The translations under genes were made by a program, and so were the position numbers. From Dehalococcoidia bacterium (lineage in GTDB: Bacteria; Chloroflexota; Dehalococcoidia; Lucifugimonadales; VXLM01): 64,000 bases of DNA. This document shows, piece by piece, positions 56,917 to 64,000 of this stretch. The notes under the pieces were generated by a model. The model saw nothing but the letters and a program-made list of their open reading frames with translations, ran no database searches and was not told the origin of the DNA. The stretch's first letter is position 1; every line of letters begins with the position of its first letter. The stretch spans positions 248,001 to 312,000 of the forward strand of contig OY759598.1 in assembly GCA_963662435.1 (NCBI GenBank), written 5' to 3'.

Positions 56917-57933
56917 TTACATCCTGACTACCAGTTGGAGTTGGTCGCCGGGGGTGTAGAGGGATTCAAAGGCCGACTGGATGTGTTCCAGTGGAACGAA
57001 GTCCGACTCGCGGAGCATCGGCTCGACGACGACCTTACGGGCCTCCATGAGTTTGAGGACAGTGTGCCAATCGGCCGGCTCGTGGCCGAATATCGTTTGG
57101 ATGTTGATGTGACGCGCCATCCAGTCCGCAGGTTCGAGGGGTAGCGGCTCCCACGGCACGGCGATAAGGACGACCTGTCCACGTGTTCGCACCATGTTGG
57201 CGGCCTGATCGAGGGTACCCTTGATGCCGGCGCAGTCAAACACAACGTGGACGCCAGTGCCGCCGGTCATGTTCTCCCCTGCTTTGACGGGGTCGTCCGT
57301 CATAGGGTCAATGACGCAGTCGGCGTTGAGCGCCACGGCTGCGGCGCGTCTTGTTGCGGAGGGCTCGGAAACGAGAATGCTCGTCGCGCCCGCAGCGCGT
57401 GCTGCCTGAAGGGTAAAAAGGCCAATGGGGCCGGCGCCGATAATCGCGACGGAATCTCCGAGCCTGAGTTGCGACAGCCGTACGGCGTGGACGGCCACTG
57501 CGGCCGGTTCACACAGGGCGGCGGCTTCGAAGGATACGCCGTCGGGAATGGGAATGGGCTCCCACTCTTCCATGACTTTGTAGTCCGCGAAAGCACGCAT
57601 TCGGTCCGGGCCGAAGCCGTGAAGCCGGTAGTTGTATCGGGGATTAAGGTCCCATCCCTTTCCCTTTCCGGGCGGGGGGTCTCCTCCTCCTCCTACCACC
57701 CTGTCTCCGACCTGCCACTTCTTTACATCGCTACCGACTTCCACGACCTCACCGCAGTACTCGTGGCCCAGTACCGTCCCCTTCGGTGCGATGTCATACA
57801 TGACGGCGTGGACATCCGTCCCACAGATTCCGCAGAAGGCGACCTTGACGAGTATCTCCTTTGGGCCCACCTCCGGGACGGGAACTTCACGGACCTCCAG
57901 CTTGCTGTTGCCCACATAGACGGCTGCTTGCAT
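56917..57933 (-). CDS. Zinc-binding alcohol dehydrogenase (MDR)
   Basis: CGICGTD, GHE, EP, GAGPIG. Confidence 0.92.
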   Translation of the reverse strand: MQAAVYVGNSKLEVREVPVPEVGPKEILVKVAFCGICGTDVHAVMYDIAPKGTVLGHEYCGEVVEVGSDVKKWQVGDRVVGGGGDPPPGKGKGWDLNPRYNYRLHGFGPDRMRAFADYKVMEEWEPIPIPDGVSFEAAALCEPAAVAVHAVRLSQLRLGDSVAIIGAGPIGLFTLQAARAAGATSILVSEPSATRRAAAVALNADCVIDPMTDDPVKAGENMTGGTGVHVVFDCAGIKGTLDQAANMVRTRGQVVLIAVPWEPLPLEPADWMARHINIQTIFGHEPADWHTVLKLMEARKVVVEPMLRESDFVPLEHIQSAFESLYTPGDQLQLVVRM

Positions 57934-57994
57934 GACCTCACCTCTAGACCAATTCTATGTTCGCCCGCGTTGAGGGTCAAATCGGTCGGTAGCC

Positions 57995-58023
57995 TTGACT
58001 CTGCGAAGGGAGAAATCCATAAT
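57995..58023 (+). promoter_or_regulatory. Putative sigma70 promoter upstream of the small-ORF cluster
   Basis: TTGACT 57995-58000, 17-bp spacer, CATAAT 58018-58023, then RBS AGGAGGT 58043-58049. Confidence 0.55.
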
Positions 58024-58054
58024 TGCCCCATAATCTTTCCTTAGGAGGTATGAA

Positions 58055-58180
58055 ATGACCAGAAGTCACATCATCAATCAGTCATTTACGGGGGGATACG
58101 GCACCACTTGCCATGAAGGCGACGACCGTCGAAAGATTCCCATACCCAGAGGAGACGAATGTTCATGCACTCAAACATAG
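58055..58180 (+). CDS. Putative 41-aa small protein
   Basis: Strong RBS 5 nt before ATG. Reads MTRSHIINQSFTGGYGTTCHEGDDRRKIPIPRGDECSCTQT*. Confidence 0.35.
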   Translation: MTRSHIINQSFTGGYGTTCHEGDDRRKIPIPRGDECSCTQT

Positions 58181-58374
58181 AAACGACTCTCGACCGAATC
58201 CTGGCTGAGGCGGTCGAACACGAATTCGTGCCGGACTTGGAGCCGCTTCGGGTCCGGGTTGTCGGCACTGGAACGAGATCCGCCCCCACAGAGGGGGCAG
58301 GAGTACTGAATGTCGATCCGACGCATGAAAACTGCAAAGACAGTCATCACAGCGTTGGCGACGAGATATCTTGA
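58159..58374 (+). CDS. Hypothetical small protein
   Basis: RBS GAGGAG at 58149-58154. Overlaps the upstream small ORF. Confidence 0.4.
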   Translation: MFMHSNIETTLDRILAEAVEHEFVPDLEPLRVRVVGTGTRSAPTEGAGVLNVDPTHENCKDSHHSVGDEIS

Positions 58375-58454
58375 TTAGCATGGGCGTACCGGGCGACGGG
58401 GAAATTTGCTGGCGGGCGCCCTGCGAAGAATCTATTGAAAGGGGGTAATTTCAC

Positions 58455-58709
58455 ATGACGACTGAACTGCGCGGCAATGGAACTACTATGGAGGAGGAGG
58501 GCAAGCGTCATCGGTTGCAGATTGACTTTTCTCCGGAGGCGCACGAACGATTGATGCGGATCAGGGAGAGGTCGGAGGCGGCAACCAATGCGGAGGTAGT
58601 GCGTAACGCCCTTCGTCTGTATGACTGGTTTCTCGATCAGCGGGCTCGGAATGCCCGACTGCAGCTTGTTGAAGGCGAATCCGTTAAGGAGATCGAAGTA
58701 CTATTCTGA
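58455..58709 (+). CDS. Ribbon-helix-helix (CopG-like) DNA-binding protein
   Basis: RLQIDFS.EAHERL..IRE......NAEVVRNALRLY pattern. Confidence 0.7.
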   Translation: MTTELRGNGTTMEEEGKRHRLQIDFSPEAHERLMRIRERSEAATNAEVVRNALRLYDWFLDQRARNARLQLVEGESVKEIEVLF

Positions 58710-59082
58710 GTGCGGGTCAATCGAAGCCGGCAATGACCAATGTTGGTGAGCCCGTCGAACCATGAGTGGGGTATCAACCCTTCGGCCAGCCTTTAGGTAG
58801 CTGCGGGAGATTGGACGAAGATTCGCCACAGAGGACGCAGAGATCACAGAGTGGCAATAGACGGGGTAGTTCGGAGGCAGTTATTGGCACCCCTGCATGG
58901 CCCCGAACGCGGTGCGTAACGCGGCTCAGGGTGAATGGGCGATATTGCAACATCGGCATCGGGAGTCGTCTGAATGCCTGGGAGTGCAGGTACCGTGCGA
59001 ATGGGAAGTGTGACTCCCTTGACCGCGAAGGGCCACGGGGCTATGGTACGCGCCAATTCGATCCTGGAGACAAGCGGGAGCC

Positions 59083-60057
59083 ATGTCACCGTCCACGCTT
59101 AGATACGATCCCATTCCCGTTGAGAATGTGCGCGCGGCTGCCGAACGCATCAGGGGCACGGTGGTGCGGACGCCGCTCGTGAGGCTCAACGCCCATGAAG
59201 CCCCAGCGGAGATCTATCTGAAACTGGAGAACCTCCAGCCGATTGGGTCGTTCAAGCTCCGGGGCGCTGCCAACAAGATGGGTCAAATGGCGCCGGGGGA
59301 ACTCAAGGACGGGGTGTGGACGTGCAGCGCCGGGAACATGGCGCAGGGCGTTGCGTGGAACGCGAGACGGATGGACATACCGTGCGCGGTGGTGGTGCCG
59401 GACGTCGCGCCGGAGGCCAAGCTGAACGCCATTCGCAGACTTGGAGCGCGCTACCACAAGGTGCCCTTCTCGGAGTTCGTGGAGACGTTCGAGACGCGGA
59501 GTCATCCGGAGATGTCGGGCACGATGGTGCATCCATTCAGCGACCCTGAGGTCATGACAGGGAACGCGACAATCGCCCTCGAGATCCTCGAAGACCTGCC
59601 GGACGTGGAGTCAGTGGTCATAGCCTACGCGGGTGGAGGGCTCTCGTGCGGAATTGCTTCGGTAATCCGCGCACTGAAGCCGGAAGTCAAGCTCTACGCC
59701 GCTGAGGTATCGACGGGCGCCCCGTTTGCGGCCTCATTGGCCAAGGGGAGTCCCACGGTCATCGACTATGAGCCGACGTTCGTGGACGGCATCGGCGCGC
59801 CGCGAGTGTTCGATGAGATGTTCAACCTCGCCTCGAGCCTGTTGGACGGGTCGCTGGTCTCCACTCCGGAGGACATCGCCGACGCGGTGCGGCTGATCGC
59901 CGAGGGCAACCACGTCATAGCGGAGGGAGCGGGAGCGGCGTCGGTGGCAGGAGCCCTCGCCGGCAAGGCGGGGACGGGCAAAGTGGCGTGCGTTGTGTCG
60001 GGCGGGAACATCGACGGCAGCAAGCTCGTGAAGATCCTGCAGGGCGGGGTGCCTTAG
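59083..60057 (+). CDS. PLP-dependent threonine/serine dehydratase (or serine racemase), no regulatory domain
   Basis: KLENLQPIGSFKLRGA, SAGN, GGGL, VSGGN. Confidence 0.92.
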   Translation: MSPSTLRYDPIPVENVRAAAERIRGTVVRTPLVRLNAHEAPAEIYLKLENLQPIGSFKLRGAANKMGQMAPGELKDGVWTCSAGNMAQGVAWNARRMDIPCAVVVPDVAPEAKLNAIRRLGARYHKVPFSEFVETFETRSHPEMSGTMVHPFSDPEVMTGNATIALEILEDLPDVESVVIAYAGGGLSCGIASVIRALKPEVKLYAAEVSTGAPFAASLAKGSPTVIDYEPTFVDGIGAPRVFDEMFNLASSLLDGSLVSTPEDIADAVRLIAEGNHVIAEGAGAASVAGALAGKAGTGKVACVVSGGNIDGSKLVKILQGGVP

Positions 60058-60114
60058 GGGTTTGTAGCTATGGTGAAGAGCAAGGGTAGGACTGAATTTT
60101 ACGGAGAGCGACAA

Positions 60115-61239
60115 ATGTCGTTGTGGACCGGTCATTCCGCAGAAGAGGACGGAGATTATCTCTCTCGGCAGGTCATAACTTACATTGGGAACAAGCGGGC
60201 GCTACTAGGGCAGATTGGGCAGGTGGTAGATGGAGTCAAGCGGAGGCTGGAGAAGGAGCGGCTGCGGGTCTTCGACGTGTTCAGTGGGTCGGGGATCGTT
60301 TCGCGGTACCTAAAGGCGCACGCGTCGATGCTGATAAGCAACGACATCGAGGACTATGCGGCGGTGGTCGGGCGTTGTTATCTGCGGAACCGGAGCACGG
60401 TCGACCTACAGGAGATAACCGAGATGGTGGATGAGATGAATCGCAGGGTTGAAGATGAGTCGTTGCCACTGGGGTTCATCGAGGAACTATACGCGCCGAG
60501 GGACGAGGAGCGTATCACGACGGAGGACCGTGTCTTCTATACGCGGGACAACGCCCGGCGGCTCGATGGCTATCGCCGGATGATCGACACGGTGCCTGAG
60601 GATGTGCGGGAACTGCTTCTCGCGCCGCTGCTCAGCCAGGCGTCGGTACACTCTAACACCGCGGGAGTCTTCAAGGGGTTCTACAAGAACCGCGACACAA
60701 AGATTGGGCAGTTCGGGGGCACGGGCTCGGATGCCTTGGTCCGAATCAAGGGAAAAATCGTTCTTGAGCCGCCGATACTGAGCCGGTACGAGTGTGACTG
60801 TGAGGTGCTACAGGAGGACGCCAACGATGCGGCACGCCGGGTGGAGGACCTCGATCTTGCGTACATCGACCCGCCGTACAACCAGCACCCGTACGGGTCG
60901 AACTACTTCATGCTCAATCTTCTCGTACGTTACGAGCGGCCGGAGAAGATGAGCCGCGTTTCAGGGATTCCGACGGATTGGCAGCGTTCCGGATACAACG
61001 TGCGGGCGAAGTCGCTTCCGCTGATGAGGGATCTCCTGAACGGGTTGGATGCGAAGTTCCTGCTCGTGTCGTTCAACAACGAGGGATTTATCACAACGGA
61101 AGAGATGCGCGGGTTGCTGAAAGAGATCGGCAGTGTCGAGGTGCTGGAGATGCCTTACAACGCCTTTCGCGGGAGTCGCAACTTCAACAATCGGCCAATT
61201 CACGTTACTGAGCAATTATTCTTGGTAGAGAGGAATTGA
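60115..61239 (+). CDS. D12-class DNA adenine methyltransferase of a type II R-M pair (start 60070 or 60115)
   Basis: ITYIGNKR, FDVFSGSG, catalytic YIDPPYNQHPY. Confidence 0.92.
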   Translation: MSLWTGHSAEEDGDYLSRQVITYIGNKRALLGQIGQVVDGVKRRLEKERLRVFDVFSGSGIVSRYLKAHASMLISNDIEDYAAVVGRCYLRNRSTVDLQEITEMVDEMNRRVEDESLPLGFIEELYAPRDEERITTEDRVFYTRDNARRLDGYRRMIDTVPEDVRELLLAPLLSQASVHSNTAGVFKGFYKNRDTKIGQFGGTGSDALVRIKGKIVLEPPILSRYECDCEVLQEDANDAARRVEDLDLAYIDPPYNQHPYGSNYFMLNLLVRYERPEKMSRVSGIPTDWQRSGYNVRAKSLPLMRDLLNGLDAKFLLVSFNNEGFITTEEMRGLLKEIGSVEVLEMPYNAFRGSRNFNNRPIHVTEQLFLVERN

Positions 61240-61245
61240 ATCGAG

Positions 61246-61965
61246 ATGGCAAGAAAGAGCCAGTTACGTCAACAACGGACGAACACTGTCATCAATGTGA
61301 CATCGAAACAACAAGAAACCGCAATCGTGCAAGCGCTTCACCGAGTCGTGGATGATATATCACAGAAATTCGGAACAAGAGTAACGCTAGGTCACGAAAA
61401 ACAGTGGCTTCTTAGAGACATCGTATTAGAGCTTCAGCGAACGTACCCGAAGGTTAGTTTCCACCACCACTTCGATAACACTTCGATACGCCCTGATGGA
61501 GGAATCCTCTTTCTTGAAGGAAAGCCAGGCGACATGATGAAGTATCCGATATTGATTTCCGAGGTCAAGAATCAGGGTACTAATGACCTGCGTGCCAAAG
61601 AGGGATTACCAAGGCAGGCTAGGGGCAATGCAATTGAGAGACTTGGCAAGAACCTCATTGGTCTCCGTGCAGCCCTGATGCGTGAGAGTATTTTCCCCTT
61701 TGTTTGTTTCGGATACGGTTGTGATTTCGAGAACGATTCTTCAATTCTTGATCGAGTTTCGACTATGGCAATGTTCGGTAGCCTCAACACGACATACCTC
61801 TATAACGAGGAAAATGGGAAGTTCAATCGAGGTAGCTTTTACTTCCGTGAAAACGAATGGTCTGTGGACGAGATGTTCGCAGTGATGCAGGACATCGCGG
61901 AGAGAGCTATCCTCTACTACTTCTCAAAGTACCGAGAGAAAAACTTTCTCTCGCTGCTTGTTTGA
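61246..61965 (+). CDS. EcoRI-family type II restriction endonuclease
   Basis: IRPDGG...SEVKNQG...GNAIER..KN mirror the EcoRI PDGG / EAKHQG / GNAIERSHKN motifs. Confidence 0.88.
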   Translation: MARKSQLRQQRTNTVINVTSKQQETAIVQALHRVVDDISQKFGTRVTLGHEKQWLLRDIVLELQRTYPKVSFHHHFDNTSIRPDGGILFLEGKPGDMMKYPILISEVKNQGTNDLRAKEGLPRQARGNAIERLGKNLIGLRAALMRESIFPFVCFGYGCDFENDSSILDRVSTMAMFGSLNTTYLYNEENGKFNRGSFYFRENEWSVDEMFAVMQDIAERAILYYFSKYREKNFLSLLV

Positions 61966-62179
61966 CTCTCCCTCTCTGATGAGGGCAGAATTCATCGATC
62001 TCGTTCCCATTCGTTCTGATGACACGGAGTCAACTAGAGATCGTAGCAACGATTTTCGCCGAGGTGGATAGCTAGCAACTCCTCTAATCTTCCGTGCATT
62101 TAGACCTCCCACAAATGAGAGAGTCCGTGCCCGGATAGTACGGTGTTTGAGGGTACTCTGAGTCTAAGAACCCAACGCC

Positions 62180-63205
62180 CTAAAAGAGGCTGCCCTGGCT
62201 GAGGGGGGAACGTTCGCGCGGGTACTCGATTCCCAGATGCTCGTAGGCGAGGCGAGTGGCCATTCTGCCCCTGCTGGTCCTCTCCAGGAATCCGCGCTGG
62301 AGCAGGTATGGCTCGTACACGTCCTCAATGGTCTCGGTCTCCTCGTTGATGGAGGCCGCGAGCGTGTTCAGTCCCACGGGTCCGCCGTCGAACTTTCCGA
62401 TGATCGAATCGAGTACCTGGTGATCAAGTTTATCGAGGCCGACCTCATCCACTTCTAGACGGGCGAGGGCCTCCTTCGCGACCTCCAGGGTGATGGTGTT
62501 GTCGGCCATGACTTGGGCGAAATCGCGGACCTGGCGGAGGAGCCGGTTGGCGATTCTCGGAGTGCCTCGCGCCCGCTTGGCGATTTCGAATAAGCCATCG
62601 TCCTCGGAGGAAATGTCGAGGATGCGGGCGGAGCGTTTGACGATAGTGCGCATGGCCTCTTCGTCATAGAACTCCAGCCGGTGCACGGCACCGAACCGGT
62701 CGCGCATGGGGGCGCTGATCATTCCGTACCGGGTCGTCGCGCCGATGAGGGTGAAGGGCTTGATGGCAAGGTTCATGCTCTTCGCCTTCAGCCCCTTGTC
62801 GATGACCCACGAGACGAAGAAGTCTTCCATGGCAGGGTAGAGTACCTCCTCGACGACGCGGGAGAGCCGGTGAATCTCGTCGATGAAGAGGACCTCGTGC
62901 TCCTTGAGCTGCGTGAGGGTGGCGACCATGTCGCCGGGACGCTCGATCGCAGGGCCGGACGTGGTCTTGATGCGGACGCCGAGCTCGGTCGCGACGATGT
63001 TCGCGAGGGTGGTCTTTCCCAAGCCGGGCGGGCCGTAGAGGAGGACATGATCAAGTGCCTCGCCTCGCTGCCGGGCGGCGGTAATGGAGATTTCGAGATT
63101 GCCCTTCACGGCCTCCTGTCCGATGTAGTCAAGGATTCGACGCGGCCGCAAGGTGTTGTCGATGTCTTCGACCTGTTTCTTGGGGGATATGACGCGCTGC
63201 TGCAT
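62180..63205 (-). CDS. ruvB: Holliday junction branch migration helicase
   Basis: [43 protein letters not shown]. Confidence 0.98.
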   Translation of the reverse strand: MQQRVISPKKQVEDIDNTLRPRRILDYIGQEAVKGNLEISITAARQRGEALDHVLLYGPPGLGKTTLANIVATELGVRIKTTSGPAIERPGDMVATLTQLKEHEVLFIDEIHRLSRVVEEVLYPAMEDFFVSWVIDKGLKAKSMNLAIKPFTLIGATTRYGMISAPMRDRFGAVHRLEFYDEEAMRTIVKRSARILDISSEDDGLFEIAKRARGTPRIANRLLRQVRDFAQVMADNTITLEVAKEALARLEVDEVGLDKLDHQVLDSIIGKFDGGPVGLNTLAASINEETETIEDVYEPYLLQRGFLERTSRGRMATRLAYEHLGIEYPRERSPLSQGSLF

Positions 63206-63315
63206 AGTGTCGACCGGTCGGGATCAGGAGTTTGACGGTTGGGCTAGGAGGTTGCCAGAACCTTTGTTCATTCTAGGTTCGGGTTGGCGGGCTGTCAAGG
63301 GACGGAGATTGGGGT

Positions 63316-63465
63316 AACTGTTCAGAGTTGATGAGTTGAATTGCGAAGATCCCCCTCTCTGTATCTCTCCCCCGGCGGGGGAGAGATTGTAGATTCTTCG
63401 TCGCTGCGCTCCTCAGAATGACAGCGAGCGCACAATTCGTGCAGTATCACCAACTTTAAACAGTT
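63316..63465. repeat. 150-bp MITE-like structured element, copy 2
   Basis: Same length and internal sequence as 27506-27655. Confidence 0.88.
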
Positions 63466-63839
63466 GCAGATGGGGAGGTTCTGAGGCGGTGAATTGGCGA
63501 TTGTTTCCTGAAAGTGATGCATTTTGATGCATTTTGTAGCATTTCTCGCGTTATTGTAAAGTTGCTTCCGAATGGTCCAGGGTGACACGCCGGCATTTTG
63601 AGCGGCGTCACTGATCGAGTGAGGGGAGCCAGCTTGGAAGAGTGAGCGTTCGTCTGTCGAAGATTTCTTCTGAGTGTGGGACATTCTGGGATGTTCCGGG
63701 ACTTTTCCTTTTGTGGTTTAGTCGGGCGGCGGGTATCCTCGATGGCAACCCGCCGCTTGAATGCAGTGTGGTACATGTGTTCTTGTATGTCAAATTGAGC
63801 GAAAGCCTCGCCCGATTTGCAGCGGCGAAGGGCCATTCA

Positions 63840-63877
63840 CCCTCACCCCAGCCCTCTCCCGAGAACGGGAGAGAGGG
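63840..63877. repeat. CCCTCACCCCAGCCCTCTCCC..GGGAGAGAGGG palindromic repeat
   Basis: Same family as 10526-10561 and 14608-14641. Confidence 0.75.
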
Positions 63878-64000
63878 AGACCCTCCAAGGGCGTGTCGTA
63901 GGTAGAGGTGGTAAGTCCTGTATTCGTTATCCTATTGTGTCTTTTTGCGTATATGCCGATGGTGTAGAATAGGACGCGACGTTCGGAGTCCACAGGAGTG

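Noticed and set aside
1..64000. tRNA, rRNA, prophage or integrase genes
   Set aside because: None recognised by eye in this window.

Overview
A 64-kb high-GC bacterial chromosomal window, probably Chloroflexota (Dehalococcoidia/SAR202-like). This is inferred from F420-type LLM and PPOX genes, a Trp T-box, split gcvPA/PB, giant FtsX-like permeases, and sulfatase and racemase genes. Bases 1-8230 are the end of a defence island. It holds a type I restriction-modification locus whose hsdS-hsdR gap carries a coupled three-gene cassette: Dam-like m6A methylase, ParB/Srx-domain protein, and PD-(D/E)XK/QxK nuclease-like protein. This cassette is the best candidate for an undescribed system. hsdR appears to lack a normal start codon. 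Downstream is a nested mobile-element scar: an aspartic-protease remnant, and an inactivated IS1182-family element sitting in the centre of a palindrome that continues into a structured non-coding segment resembling an IS110 left end. The remainder is mostly housekeeping and catabolic genes: larA-like, M20 peptidase, sulfatase, OSBS/NSAR, a T-box-controlled trpS-trpE-G-(PPOX)-D-C-F operon, oppDF, two giant permeases, maoC-maoC-plsX-fabG-fabL, gcvT-H-PA-PB, a Kelch lipoprotein, ALDH and ruvB. Two further defence inserts are present: a RosmerTA-like pair with a clear operator palindrome, and an EcoRI-family type II R-M pair. Intergenic regions are mosaics of several palindromic repeat families, including a 150-bp element present twice with a compensatory base change. 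No rRNA, tRNA or CRISPR array was seen. All family assignments come from motif recognition, not database searches.
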